A stretch of 64,000 bases of DNA from Eledone cirrhosa (lineage: Eukaryota): contig OZ024740.1 in the NCBI GenBank assembly GCA_964016885.1, positions 9,672,001 to 9,736,000 on the forward strand, written 5' to 3'. Both the position numbers and the translations under genes were made by a program. Positions 36,301-51,300 of this stretch are shown here, piece by piece. The notes below the pieces were generated by a model, which saw nothing but the letters and a program-made list of their open reading frames with translations, did no database searches and had not been told where the DNA came from. The number at the start of each line of letters is the position of its first letter. Within the stretch, counting starts at the first letter, position 1.

Positions 36301-39300
36301 CATCTGGTTTAGGTTTGTCACCAGACTGAGAGAGGGGTGCTTGTGGTAGTATTGTGGTTGATGTGACCACTGGTCATCTGGTTTAGGCTTGTCACCAGAC
36401 TGAGAGAGGGGTGCTGGTGGTAGTCTTGTGGTTGATGTGACCACTGGTCATCTGGTTTAGGTTTGTCACCAGACTGAGAAAGGGGTGCTGGTGGTAGTCT
36501 TGTGGTCGATGTGACCACTGGTCATCTGGTCTAGGTTTGTCACCAGACTGAGAGAGGGGTGCTGGTGGTAGTCTTGTGGTTGATGTGACCACTGGTCATC
36601 TGGTTTAGGTTTTTCACCGGACTGAGAGTGGGGTGCTGGTGGTAGTCTTGTGGTTGATGTGACCACTGGTCATCTGGTTTTAGTTTTGTCACCAGACTGA
36701 GAGAGGGGTGCTGGTGGTAGTCTTGTGGTTGATGTGACCACTGGTCATCTGGTTTTAGTTTGTCACCAGACTGAGATAGGGGTGCTGGTAGTAGTCTTGT
36801 GGTTGATGTGACCACTGGTCATCTGGTTTAGGCTTGTCACCAGACTGAGAAAGGGGTGCTGGTGGTAGTCTTGTGGTTGATGTGACCTCTGGTCATCTGG
36901 TTTAGGCTTGTCACAAGACTGAGTGAGATGTGCTGGTGGTTGTCTTGTGGTTGATGTGACCACTGGTCATCTGGTTTAGGTTTTTCACCAAACTGAGAAG
37001 TGGGGTGCTGGTGATAGTCTTGTTGTGGATGTGACCACTGGTCATCAGGTTTAGCTTTTTCACCAGGCTGAGAGTGGGGTGATGGTGATAGTCTTGTGGT
37101 TGATGTGACCACTGGTCATCTGGTTTAGGCTTGTCACCAGACTGAGAGAGGGGTGCTGGTGGTAGTCTTGTGGTTGATGTGACCACTGGTCATCTGGTTT
37201 AGGCTTGTCACCAGACTGAGAGATGGGTGCTGGTGGTTGTCTTGTGGTTGATGTGACCACTGGTCATCAGGTTTAGGTTTGTCACCAGGCTGAGAGAGAG
37301 GTGCTGGTGGTAGTCTTGTGGTTGATGTGACCACTGGTCATCTGGTTTAGGTTTTTCACCAGACTGAGAAAGGGGTGCTGGTGATAGTCTTGTGGTTGAT
37401 GTGACCACTGGTCATCTGGTTTAGGCTTGTCACCAGACTGAGAGAGGGGTGCTGGTGGTAGTCTTGTGGTTGATGTGACCACTGGTCATCTGGTTTTAGT
37501 TTTGTCTCCAGACTGAGAGAGGGGTGCTGGTGGTAGTCTTGTGGTTGATGTGACCACTGGTCATCTGGTTTAGGCTTGTCACCAGACTGAGAGAGGGGTG
37601 CTGGTGGTAGTCTTGTGGTTGATGTGACCACTGGTCATCTGGTTTAGGCTTGTCACCAGACTGAGAGAGGTGTGCTGGTGGTAGTCTTGTGGTTGATGTG
37701 ACCACTGGTCATCTGGTTTTGGCTTGTCACCATACTGAGAGAGGGGTGCTGGTGGGTGTCTTGTGGTTGATGTGACCACTGGTCATCTGGTTTAGGTTTT
37801 TCACCAGACTGAGAGTAGGGTGCTGGTGGTAGTCTTGTGGTTGATGTGACCACTGGTCATCTAGTCTAGGTTTGTCACCAGACTGAGAGAGAGGTGCTGG
37901 TGGTAGTCTTGTGGTTGATGTGACCACTGTTCATCTGGTTTAGGCTTGTCACCAGACTGAGAGAGGGGTGCTGGTGGTAGTCTTGTGGTCGATGTGACCA
38001 CTGGTCATCTGGTCTAGGTTTGTCACCAGACTGAGAGAGAGGTGCTGCTGGTAGTCTTGTGGTTGATGTGACCACTGGTCATCTGGTTTAGGTTTTTCAC
38101 CAGACTGAGAAAGGGATGCTGGTGGTAGTCTTGTGGTTGATGTGACCACTGGTCATCTGGTTTAGGTTTTTCACCGGACTGAGAGAGGTGTGCTGGTGGT
38201 AGCCTTGTGGTTGATTTGACCACTGGTCATCTGGTTTAGGCTTGTCACCAGACTGAGAGAGAGGTGCTGATGGTAGTCGTCTAGTTGATGTGACCACTGG
38301 TCATCTGGTTAAGGTTTGTCACCAGACTGAGAGAGGGGTGCTGGCAGTAGTCTTGGGGTTGATGTGACCATTGGTCATCTGGTTTAGGTTTGTCACCAGA
38401 CAGAGAAAGGGGTGCTGGTGGTAGTCTTGTGGTTGATGTGACCACTGGTCATCTGGTTTAGGTTTGTCACCAGACAGAGAAAGGGGTGCTGGTGGTAGTC
38501 TTGTGGTTGATGTGACCACTGGTCATCTGGTTTAGGTTTGTCACCAGACAGTGAAAGGGGTGCTGGTGGTAGTATTGTGGTTGATGTGACCACTGGTCAT
38601 CTGGTTTAGGTTTGTCACCAGACAGAGAAAGGGGTGCTGGTGATAGTCCTGTGGTTGATGTGACCACTGGTCATCTGGTTTAGGTTTGTCACCAGACTGA
38701 GAGAGAGGTGCTAGTGGTAGTCTTGCGGTTGATGTGACCTCTGGTCATCTGGTTTAGGTTTGTCACCAGACTGAGAGAGATGTGCTAGTGGTAGTCTTGT
38801 GGTTGATGTGACCACTGGTCATCTGGTTTAGGTTTGTCACCAGACATAGAAAGGGGTGCTGGTGGTAGTCTTGTGGTTGATGTGACCACTGGTCATCTAG
38901 TCTAGCCTTGTCACCAGACTGAGAAAGGGGTGCTGGTGGTAGTCTTGTGTTTGATGTGACCTCTGGTCATCTGGTTTAGGTTTGTCACCAGACTGAGAGA
39001 GAGGTGCTAGTGGTAGTCTTGTGGTTGATGTGACCACTGGTCATCTGGTTTAGGTTTTTCACCGGACTGAGAGTGGGGTGCTGGTGATAGTCTTGTGGTT
39101 GATGTGACCACTGGTCATCTGGTTTAGGCTTGTCACCAGACTGAGAGAGGGGTGCTGGTGGTAGTCTTGTGGTTGATGTGACCACTGGTCATCTGGTTTT
39201 AGTTTTGTCACCAGACTGAGAGAGGGGTGCTGGTGGTAGTCTTGTGGTTGATGTGACCACTGGTCATCTGGTTTAGGTTTGTCACCAGAGTGAGAGTAGG

Positions 39301-42300
39301 GTGCTGGTGGTAGTCTTGTGGTTGATGTGACCACTGGTCATCTGGTTTAGGTTTTTCACCGGACTGAGAGAGGGGTGCTGGTGGTAGTCTTGTGGTTGAT
39401 GTGACCACTGGTCATCTGGTTTTGGCTTGTCACCATACTGAGAGAGGGGTGCTGGTGGGTGTCTTGTGGTTGATGTGACCACTGGTCATCTGGTTTAGGT
39501 TTTTCACCAGACTGAGAGTAGGGTGCTGGTGGTAGTCTTGTGGTTGATGTGACCACTGGTCATCTAGTCTAGGTTTGTCACCAGACTGAGAGAGAGGTGC
39601 TGGTGGTAGTCTTGTGGTTGATGTGACCACTGGTCATCTGGTTTAGGCTTGTCACCAGACTGAGAGAGGGGTGCTGGTGGTAGTCTTGTGGTTGATGTGA
39701 CCACTGGTCATCTGGTTTAGGCTTGTCACCAGACTGAGAGAGGTGTGCTGGTGGTAGTCTTGTGGTTGATGTGACCACTGGTCATCTGGTTTTGGCTTGT
39801 CACCATACTGAGAGAGGGGTGCTGGTGGGTGTCTTGTGGTTGATGTGACCACTGGTCATCTGGTTTAGGTTTTTCACCAGACTGAGAGTAGGGTGCTGGT
39901 GGTAGTCTTGTGGTTGATGTGACCACTGGTCATCTAGTCTAGGTTTGTCACCAGACTGAGAGAGAGGTGCTGGTGGTAGTCTTGTGGTTGATGTGACCAC
40001 TGGTCATCTGGTTTAGGCTTGTCACCAGACTGAGAGAGGGGTGCTGGTGGTAGTCTTGTGGTCGATGTGACCACTGGTCATCTGGTCTAGGTTTGTCACC
40101 AGACTGAGAGAGAGGTGCTGGTGGTAGTCTTGTGGTTGATGTGACCACTGGTCATCTGGTTTAGGTTTTTCACAAGACTGAGAAAGGGGTGCTGGTGGTA
40201 GTCTTGTGGTTGATGTGACCACTGGTCATCTGGTTTAGGTTTTTCACCGGACTGAGAGAGGTGTGCTGGTGGTAGCCTTGTGGTTGATTTGACCACTGGT
40301 CATCTGGTTTAGGCTTGTCACCAGACTGAGAGAGAGGTGCTGATGGTAGTCGTCTAGTTGATGTGACCACTGGTCATCTGGTTTAGGTTTGTCACCAGAC
40401 TGAGAGAGGGGTGCTGGCAGTAGTCTTGGGGTTGATGTGACCATTGGTCATCTGGTTTAGGTTTGTCACCAGACAGAGAAAGGGGTGCTGGTGGTAGTCT
40501 TGTGGTTGATGTGACCACTGGTCATCTGGTTTAGGTTTGTCACCAGACAGAGAAAGGGGTGCTGGTGGTAGTCTTGTGGTTGATGTGACCACTGGTCATC
40601 TGGTTTAGGTTTGTCACCAGACAGTGAAAGGGGTGCTGGTGGTAGTATTGTGGTTGATGTGACCACTGGTCATCTGGTTTAGGTTTGTCACCAGACAGAG
40701 AAAGGGGTGCTGGTGATAGTCCTGTGGTTGATGTGACCACTGGTCATCTGGTTTAGGTTTGTCACCAGACTGAGAGAGAGGTGCTAGTGGTAGTCTTGCG
40801 GTTGATGTGACCTCTGGTCATCTGGTTTAGGTTTGTCACCAGACTGAGAGAGATGTGCTAGTGGTAGTCTTGTGGTTGATGTGACCACTGGTCATCTGGT
40901 TTAGGTTTGTCACCAGACATAGAAAGGGGTGCTGGTGGTAGTCTTGTGGTTGATGTGACCACTGGTCATCTAGTCTAGCCTTGTCACCAGACTGAGAAAG
41001 GGGTGCTGGTGGTAGTCTTGTGGTTGATGTGACCTCTGGTCATCTGGTTTAGGTTTGTCACCAGACTGAGAGAGAGGTGCTAGTGGTAGTCTTGTGGTTG
41101 ATGTGACCACTGGTCATCTGGTTTAGGTTTTTCACCGGACTGAGAGTGGGGTGCTGGTGATAGTCTTGTGGTTGATGTGACCACTGGTCATCTGGTTTAG
41201 GCTTGTCACCAGACTGAGAGAGGGGTGCTGGTGGTAGTCTTGTGGTTGATGTGACCACTGGTCATCTGGTTTTAGTTTTGTCACCAGACTGAGAGAGGGG
41301 TGCTGGTGGTAGTCTTGTGGTTGATGTGACCACTGGTCATCTGGTTTAGGTTTGTCACCAGAGTGAGAGTAGGGTGCTGGTGGTAGTCTTGTGGTTGATG
41401 TGACCACTGGTCATCTGGTTTAGGTTTTTCACCGGACTGAGAGAGGGGTGCTGGTGGTAGTCTTGTGGTTGATGTGACCACTGGTCATCTGGTTTAGGTT
41501 TGTCACCAGACAGAGAAAGGGGTGCTGGAGGTAATCTTGTGGTTGGTGTGACCACTGGTCATCTGGTTTAGGTTTGTCACCAGACAGAGAAAGGGGTGCT
41601 TGTGGTAGTATTGTGGTTGATGTGACCACTGGTTATCTGGTTTAGGTTTGTCACCAGACAGTGAAAGGGGTGCTGGTGGTAGTCTTGTGGTTGATGTGAC
41701 CACTGGTCATCTGGTTCAGGTTTGTCACCAGACTGAGAAAGGGGTGCTGGTGGTAGTCTTGTGTTTGATGTGACCACTGTTCATCTGGTTTAGGTTTGTC
41801 ACCAGACAGAGAAGGGGTGCTGGTGATAATCTTGTGGTTGATGTGACCACTGGTCATCTGGTTTAGGCTTATCACCAGACTGAGAGAGGGGTGCTGGTGG
41901 TAGTCTTGTGGTTGATGTGACCACTGGTCATCTGGTTTAGGCTTGTCACCAGACTGAGAGAGGTGTGCTGGTGGTAGTCTTGTGGTTGATGTGACCACTG
42001 GTCATCTGGTTTAGGCTTGTCACCAGACTGAGAGAGGGGTGCTGGTGGTAGTCTTGTGGTTGATGTGACCATTGGTCATCTGGTTTAGGCTTGTCACCAT
42101 ACTGAGAGAGGGGTGCTGGTGGGTGTCTTTTGGTTGATGTGACCACTGGTCATCTGGTTTAGGTTTTTCACCAGACTGAGAGTAGGGTGCTGGTGGTAGT
42201 CTTGTGGTTGATGTGACCACTGGTCATCTAGTCTAGGTTTGTCACCAGACTGAGAGAGAGGTGCTGGTGGTAGTCTTGTGGTTGATATTACCACTGGTCA

Positions 42301-45300
42301 TCTGGTTTAGGCTTGTCACCAGACTGAGAGAGGGGTGCTGGTGGTAGTCTTGTGGTCGATGTGACCACTGGTCATCTGGTTTAGGTTTGTCACCAGACAG
42401 AGAAAGGGGTGCTGGTGGTAGTCTTGTGGTTGATGTGACCACTGGTCATCTGGTTTAGGTTTGTCACCAGACAGAGAAAGGGGTGCTGGTGGTAGTCTTG
42501 TGGTTGATGTGACCACTGGTCATCTGGTTTAGGTTTGTCACCAGACAGTGAAAGGGGTGCTGGTGGTAGTATTGTGGTTGATGTGACCACTGGTCATCTG
42601 GTTTAGGTTTGTCACCAGACAGAGAAAGGGGTGCTGGTGATAGTCCTGTGGTTGATGTGACCACTGGTCATCTGGTTTAGGTTTGTCACCAGACTGAGAG
42701 AGAGGTGCTAGTGGTAGTCTTGCGGTTGATGTGACCTCTGGTCATCTGGTTTAGGTTTGTCACCAGACTGAGAGAGATGTGCTAGTGGTAGTCTTGTGGT
42801 TGATGTGACCACTGGTCATCTGGTTTAGGTTTGTCACCAGACATAGAAAGGGGTGCTGGTGGTAGTCTTGTGGTTGATGTGACCACTGGTCATCTAGTCT
42901 AGCCTTGTCACCAGACTGAGAAAGGGGTGCTGGTGGTAGTCTTGTGGTTGATGTGACCTCTGGTCATCTGGTTTAGATTTGTCACCAGACTGAGAGAGGG
43001 GTGCTGGTGGTAGTCTTGTGGTTGATGTGACCACTGGTCATCTGGTTTAGGTTTGTCACCAGACTGAGAGAGAGAGAGGGGTGCTGGTGGTAGTCTTGTG
43101 GTTGATGTGACCTCTGGTCATCTGGTTTAGGCTTGTCACCAGACTGAGAGAGAGGTGCTGGAGGTAGTCGTGTGGTTGATGTGACCACTGGTCATCTGGT
43201 TTAGGCTTGTCACCAGACTGAGAGAGGAGTGCTGGGAGTAGTCTGGTGGTTGATGTGACCACTGGTCATCTGATTTAGGCTTGTCACCAGACTGAGAGAG
43301 GAGTGCTGGGAGTAGTCTGGTGGTTGATGTGACCACTGGTCATCTGGTCTAGGCTTGTCACCAGACTGAGAGAGAGGTGCTGGTGGTAGTCTTGTGGTTG
43401 ATGTGACCACTGGTCATCTGGTTTAAGCTTGTCACCAGACTGAGAGTGGGGTGCTGGTGGTAGTCTTGTGGTTGATGTGACCACTGGTCATCTGGTTTAG
43501 GCTTGTCACCAGACTGAGAGAGGGGTGCTGGTGGTAGTCTTGTGGTTGATGTGACCACTGGTCATCTGGTTTAGGCTTGTCACCAGACTGAGAGAGGGGT
43601 GCTGGTGGTAGTCTTGTGGTTGATGTGACCACTGGTCATCTGGTTTAGGCTTGTCACCAGACTGAGAGAGGGGTGCTGGTGGTAGTCGTGTGGTTGATGT
43701 GACCACTGGTCATCTGGTTTAGTCTTGTCACCAGACTGAGAGAGAGGTGCTGGTGGTAGTCTTGCGGTTGATGTGACCACTGGTCATCTGGTTTAGGCTT
43801 GTCACCAGACTGAGAGAGAGGTATTTGTGGTAGTCTTGTGGTTGATGTGACCACTGGTCATCTGGTTTAGGCTTGTCACCAGACTGAGAGAGAGGTGCTG
43901 GTGGTAGTCGTGTGGTTGATGTGACCACTGGTCATCTGGTTTAGGCTTGTCACCAGACTGAGAGAGGGGTGCTGGTGATAGTCTTGTGGTTGATGTGACC
44001 ACTGGTCATCTGGTTTAGGCTTGTCACCAGACTGAGAGAGAGGTGCTGGTGGTAGTCGTGTGGTTGATGTGACTACTGGTCATCTAGTCTAGGTTTGTCA
44101 CCAGACTGAGAGAGAGGTGCTGGTGGTAGTCGTGTGGTTGATGTGATCTCTGGTCATCTGGTTTAGGCTTGTCACCAGACTGAGAGAGGGGTGCTGGTGG
44201 TAGTCTTGCGGTTGATGTGACCACTGGTCATCTAGTCTAGGTTTGTCACCAGACTGAGAGAGAGGTGCTGGTGGTAGTCTTGCGGTTGATGTGACCACTG
44301 GTCATCTGGTTTAGGTATGTTTACCAGACTGAGAGAGGGGTGCTGGTTGTAGTCTTGTGGTTGATGTGACCACTGGTCATCTGGTTTAGGTTTGTCACCA
44401 TACTGAGAGAGGGGTGCTTGTGGTAGTCTTGTGGTTGATGTGACCACTGGTCATCTGGTTTAGGTTTGTCACCATACTGAGAGAGGGGTGCTGGTGGTAG
44501 TCTTGTGGTTGATGTGACCACTGGTCAACTGGTTTAGGTTTGTCACCAGACTGAGAAAGGGGTGCTGGTGATAGTCTTGTGGTTGATGTGACCACTGGTC
44601 ATCTGGTTTAGGTTTGTCACCAGACTGAGAAAGGGGTGCTGGTGGTAGTCTTGTGGTTGACGTGACCACTGGTCATCTGGTTTAGGCTTGTCACCAGACT
44701 GAGAGAGAAGTGCTGGTGGTAGTCTTGTGGTTGATGTGACCACTGGTCATCTGGTTTAGGCTTGTCACCAGACTGAGAGAGAGGTGCTGGTGGTAGTCTT
44801 GTGGTTGATGTGACCACTGGTCATCTGGTTTAGGCTTGTCACCAGAGTGAGAAAGGGGTGCTGGTGGTAGTCTTGTGGTTGATGTGACCACTGGTCATCT
44901 GGTTTAAGCTTGTCACCAGACTGAGAGAGGGGTGCTGGTGGAAGTCTTTTGGTTGATGTGACCACTGGTCATCTGGTCTAGGCTTGTCACCAGACTGAGA
45001 GAGAGGTGCTGGTGGTAGTCTTGTGGTTGATGTGACCACTGGTCATCTGGTTTAGGCTTGTCACCAGACTGAGAGAGAAGTGCTGGTGGTAGTCTTGTGG
45101 TTGATGTGACCACTGGTCATCTGGTTTAGGCTTGTCACCAGACTGAGAGAGAGGTGCTGGTGGTAGTCTTGTGGTTGATGTGACCACTGGTCATATGGTC
45201 TAGGCTTGTCACCTGACTGAGAAAGGGATGCTGGTGGTAGTCTTGTGGTTGATGTGACCACTGGTCATCTAGTATAGGTTTGTCACCAAACTGAGAGAGA

Positions 45301-48300
45301 GGTGCTGGTGGTAGTCGTGTGGTTGATGTGACCACTGGTCATCTGGTTTAGGTTTGTCACCATACTGAGAGAGGGGTGCTGGTGGTAGTCGTGTGGTTGA
45401 TGTAACCACTGGTCATCTGGTTTAGGTTTTTCACCGGATTGAGAGTGGGGTGCTGGTGATAGTCTTGTGGTTGATGTGACCACTGGTCATCTGCTTTAGG
45501 CTTGTCACCAGACTGAGAGAGGGGTGCTGGTGGTAGTCTTGTGGTTGATGTGACCACTGGTCATCTGGTTTTAGTTTTGTCACCAGACTGAGAGAGGGGT
45601 GCTGGTGGTAGTCTTGTGGTTGATGTGACCTCTGGTCATCTGGTTTAGGCTTGTCACAAGACTGACTGAGATGTGCTGGTGGTAGTCTTGTGGTTGATGT
45701 GACCACTGGTCATCTGGTTTAGGTTTTTCACCAAACTGAGAGTGGGGTGCTGGTGATAGTCTTGTTGTGGATGTGACCACTGGTCATCAGGTTTAGGTTT
45801 TTCACCAGGCTGAGAGTGGGGTGATGGTGATAGTCTTGTGGTTGATGTGACCACTGGTCATCTGGTTTAGGCTTGTCACCAGACTGAGAGAGGGGTGCTG
45901 GTGGTAGTCTTGTGGTTGATGTGACCACTGGTCATCTGGTTTAGGCTTGTCACCAGACTGAGAGATGGGTGCTGGTGGTTGTCTTGTGGTTGATGTGACC
46001 ACTGGTCATCAGGTTTAGGTTTTTCACCAGGCTGAGAGTGGGGTGATGGTGATAGTCTTGTGGTTGATGTGACCACTGGTCATCTGGTTTAGGCTTGTCA
46101 CCAGACTAAAGAGAGGGGTGCTGGTGGTAGTCTTGTGGTTGATGTGACCACTGGTCATCTGGTTTAGGCTTGTCACCAGACTAAAGAGAGGGGTGCTGGT
46201 GGTAGTCTTGTGGTTGATGTGACCACTGGTCATCTGGTTTAGGTTTGTCACCAGACTGAGAAAGGGGTGCTGGTGGTAGTCTTGTGGTTGATGGTACCAC
46301 TGGTCATCTGGTTTAGGCTTGTCGCCAGACTGAGAGAGGGGTGCTGGTGGTAGTCTTGTGGTTGATGTGACCACTGGTCATCTGGTCTAGGTTTGTCACC
46401 AGACTGAGAGAGAGGTGCTGGTGGTAGTCTTGTGGTTGATGTGACCACTGGTCGTCTGGTTTAGGTTTTTCACCAGACTGAGAAAGGGGTGCTGGTGATA
46501 GTCTTGTGGTTGATGTGACCACTGGTCATCTGGTTTAGGCTTGTCACCAGACTGAGAGAGGGGTGCTGGTGGTAGTGTTGTGGTTGATGTGACCACTGGT
46601 CATCTGGTTTTAGTTTTGTCTCCAGACTGAGAGAGGGGTGCTGGTGGTAGTCTTGTGGTTGATGTGACCACTGGTCATCTGGTTTAGGCTTGTCACCAGA
46701 CTGAGAGAGGGGTGCTGGTGGTAGTCTTGTGGTTGATGTGACCACTGGTCATCTAGTTTAGGCTTGTCACCAGACTGAGAGAGGTGTGCTGGTGGTAGTC
46801 TTGTGGTTGATGTGACCACTGGTCATCTGGTTTTGGCTTGTCACCATACTGAGAGAGGGGTGCTGGTGGGTGTCTTGTGGTTGATGTGACCACTGGTCAT
46901 CTGGTTTAGGTTTTTCACCAGACTGAGAGTAGGGTGCTGGTGGTAGTCTTGTGGTTGATGTGACCACTGGTCATCTAGTCTAGGTTTGTCACCAGACTGA
47001 GAGAGAGGTGCTGGTGGTAGTCTTGTGGTTGATGTGACCACTGGTCATCTGGTTTAGGCTTGTCACCAGACTGAGAGAGGGGTGCTGGTGGTAGTCTTGT
47101 GGTCGATGTGACCACTGGTCATCTGGTCTAGGTTTGTCACCAGACTGAGAGAGAGGTGCTGGCGGTAGTCTTGTGGTTGATGTGACCACTGCTCATCTGG
47201 TTTAGGTTTTTCACCAGACTGAGAAAGGGGTGCTGGTGGTAGTCTTGTGGTTGATGTGACCACTGGTCATCTGGTTTAGGTTTTTCACCGGACTGAGAGA
47301 GGTGTGCTGGTGGTAGCCTTGTGGTTGATTTGACCACTGGTCATCTGGTTTAGGCTTGTCACCAGACTGAGAGAGAGGTGCTGATGGTAGTCGTCTAGTT
47401 GATGTGACCACTGGTCATCTGGTTAAGGTTTGTCACCAGACTGAGAGAGGGGTGCTGGCAGTAGTCTTGGGGTTGATGTGACCATTGGTCATCTGGTTTA
47501 GGTTTGTCACCAGACTGAGAAAGGGGTTCTGGTGGTAGTCTTGTGGTTGATCTGACCTCAGGTCATCTGGCTTAGGTTTGTCACCACACTGAGAAAGGGG
47601 TGCTGACGGTAGTCTTGTGGTTGATGTGACCTCTGGTCCTCTGGTTTAGGTTTGTCACCAGACTGAGAAAGGGGTGCTGGTGGTAGTCTTGTGGTTGATG
47701 TGACCACTGGTCATCTGGTTTAGGTTTGTCACCAGACAGAGAAAGGGGTGCTGGTGGTAGTCTTGTGGTTGATGTGACCACTGGTCATCTGGTTTAGGTT
47801 TGTCACCAGACAGAGAAAGGGGTGCTGGTGGTAGTCTTGTGGTTGATGTGACCACTGGTCATCTGGTTTAGGTTTGTCACCAGACAGAGAAAGGGGTGCT
47901 GGTGGTAGTCTTGTGGTTGATGTGACCACTGGTCATCTGGTTTAGGTTTGTCACCAGACAGTGAAAGGGGTGCTGGTGGTAGTATTGTGGTTGATGTGAC
48001 CACTGGTCATCTGGTTTAGGTTTGTCACCAGACAGAGAAAGGGGTGCTGGTGATAGTCCTGTGGTTGATGTGACCACTGGTCATCTGGTTTAGGTTTGTC
48101 ACCAGACTGAGAGAGAGGTGCTAGTGGTAGTCTTGCGGTTGATGTGACCTCTGGTCATCTGGTTTAGGTTTGTCACCAGACTGAGAGAGATGTGCTAGTG
48201 GTAGTCTTGTGGTTGATGTGACCACTGGTCATCTGGTTTAGGTTTGTCACCAGACATAGAAAGGGGTGCTGGTGGTAGTCTTGTGGTTGATGTGACCACT

Positions 48301-51300
48301 GGTCATCTAGTCTAGCCTTGTCACCAGACTGAGAAAGGGGTGCTGGTGGTAGTCTTGTGGTTGATGTGACCTCTGGTCATCTGGTTTAGGTTTGTCACCA
48401 GACTGAGAGAGAGGTGCTAGTGGTAGACTTGTGGTTGATGTGACCACTGGTCATCTGGTTTAGGTTTTTCACCGGACTGAGAGTGGGGTGCTGGTGATAG
48501 TCTTGTGGTTGATGTGACCACTGGTCATCTGGTTTAGGTTTTTCACCGGACTGAGAGAGGGGTGCGGGTGGTAGTCTTGTGGTTGATGTGACCACTGGTC
48601 ATCTGGTTTAGGTTTGTCACCAGACAGAGAAAGGGGTGCTGGAGGTAATCTTGTGGTTGATGTGACCACTGGTCATCTGGTTTAGGTTTGTCACCAGACA
48701 GAGAAAGGGGTGCTTGTGGTAGTATTGTGGTTGATGTGACCACTGGTCATCTGGTTTAGGTTTGTCACCAGACAGAGAAAGGGGTGCAGGTGGTAGTCTT
48801 GTGGTTGATGTGACCACTGGTTATCTGGTTTAGGTTTGTCACCAGACAGTGAAAGGGGTGCTGGCGGTAGTCTTGTGGTTGATGTGACCACTGGTCATCT
48901 GGTTCAGGTTTGTCACCAGACTGAGAAAGGGGTGCTGGTGGTAGTCTTGTGTTTGATGTGACCACTGTTCATCTGGTTTAGGTTTGTCACCAGACAGAGA
49001 AGGGGTGCTGGTGATAGTCTTGTGGTTGATGTGACCACTGGTCATCTGGTTTAGGCTTGTCACCAGACTGAGAGAGGGGTGCTGGTTGTAGTCTTGTGGT
49101 TGATGTGACCACTGGTCATCTGGTTTAGGCTTGTCACCAGACTGAGAGAGGTGTGCTGGTGGTAGTCTTGTGGTTGATGTGACCACTGGTCATCTGGTTT
49201 AGGCTTGTCACCAGACTGAGAGAGGGGTGCTGGTGGTAGTCTTGTGGTTGATGTGACCACTGGTCATTTGGTTTAGGCTTGTCACCATACTGAGAGAGGG
49301 GTGCTGGTGGGTGTCTTGTGGTTGATGTGACCACTGGTCATCTGGTTTAGGTTTTTCACCAGACTGAGAGTAGGGTGCTGGTGGTAGTCTTGTGGTTGAT
49401 GTGACCACTGGTCATCTAGTCTAGGTTTGTCACCAGACTGAGAGAGAGGTGCTGGTGGTAATCTTGTGGTTGATGTTACCACTGGTCATCTGGTTTAGGC
49501 TTGTCACCAGACTGAGAGAGGGGTGCTGGTGGTAGTCTTGTGGTCGATGTGACCACTGGTCATCTGGTTTAGGTTTGTCACCAGACAGAGAAAGGGGTGC
49601 TGGTGGTAGTCTTGTGGTTGATGTGACCACTGGTCATCTGGTTTAGGTTTGTCACCAGACAGAGAAAGGGGTGCTGGTGGTAGTCTTGTGGTTGATGTGA
49701 CCACTGGTCATCTGGTTTAGGTTTGTCACCAGACAGTGAAAGGGGTGCTGGTGGTAGTATTGTGGTTGATGTGACCACTGGTCATCTGGTTTAGGTTTGT
49801 CACCAGACAGAGAAAGGGGTGCTGGTGATAGTCCTGTGGTTGATGTGACCACTGGTCATCTGGTTTAGGTTTGTCACCAGACATAGAAACGGGTGCTGGT
49901 GGTAGTCTTGTGGTTGATGTGACCACTGGTCATCTAGTCTAGCCTTGTCACCAGACTGAGAAAGGGGTGCTGGTGGTAGTCTTGTGGTTGATGTGACCTC
50001 TGGTCATCTGGTTTAGATTTGTCACCAGACTGAGAGAGGGGTGCTGGTGGTAGTCTTGTGGTTGATGTGACCACTGGTCATCTGGTTTAGGCTTGTCACC
50101 AGACTGAGAGAGGGGTGCTGGTTGTAGTCTTGTGGTTGATGTGACCACTGGTCATCTGGTTTAGGCTTGTCACCAGACTGAGAGAGGTGTGCTGGTGGTA
50201 GTCTTGTGGTTGATGTGACCACTGGTCATCTGGTTTAGGCTTGTCACCAGACTGAGAGAGGGGTGCTGGTGGTAGTCTTGTGGTTGATGTGACCACTGGT
50301 CATCTGGTTTAGGCTTGTCACCATACTGAGAGAGGGGTGCTGGTGGGTGTCTTGTGGTTGATGTGACCACTGGTCATCTGGTTTAGGTTTTTCACCAGAC
50401 TGAGAGTAGGGTGCTGGTGGTAGTCTTGTGGTTGATGTGACCACTGGTCATCTAGTCTAGGTTTGTCACCAGACTGAGAGAGAGGTGCTGGTGGTAGTCT
50501 TGTGGTTGATGTTACCACTGGTCATCTGGTTTAGGCTTGTCACCAGACTGAGAGAGGGGTGCTGGTGGTAGTCTTGTGGTCGATGTGACCACTGGTCATC
50601 TGGTTTAGGTTTGTCACCAGACAGAGAAAGGGGTGCTGGTGGTAGTCTTGTGGTTGATGTGACCACTGGTCATCTGGTTTAGGTTTGTCACCAGACAGAG
50701 AAAGGGGTGCTGGTGGTAGTCTTGTGGTTGATGTGACCACTGGTCATCTGGTTTAGGTTTGTCACCAGACAGTGAAAGGGGTGCTGGTGGTAGTATTGTG
50801 GTTGATGTGATCACTGGTCATCTGGTTTAGGTTTGTCACCAGACAGAGAAAGGGGTGCTGGTGATAGTCCTGTGGTTGATGTGACCACTGGTCATCTGGT
50901 TTAGGTTTGTCACCAGACATAGAAAGGGGTGCTGGTGGTAGTCTTGTGGTTGATGTGACCACTGGTCATCTAGTCTAGCCTTGTCACCAGACTGAGAAAG
51001 GGGTGCTGGTGGTAGTCTTGTGGTTGATGTGACCTCTGGTCATCTGGTTTAGATTTGTCACCAGACTGAGAGAGGGGTGCTGGTGGTAGTCTTGTGGTTG
51101 ATGTGACCACTGGTCATCTGGTTTAGGTTTGTCACCAGACTGAGAGAGAGAGAGGGGTGCTGGTGGTAGTCTTGTGGTTGATGTGACCTCTGGTCATCTG
51201 GTTTAGGCTTGTCACCAGACTGAGAGAGAGGTGCTGGAGGTAGTCGTGTGGTTGATGTGACCACTGGTCATCTGGTTTAGGCTTGTCACCAGACTGAGAG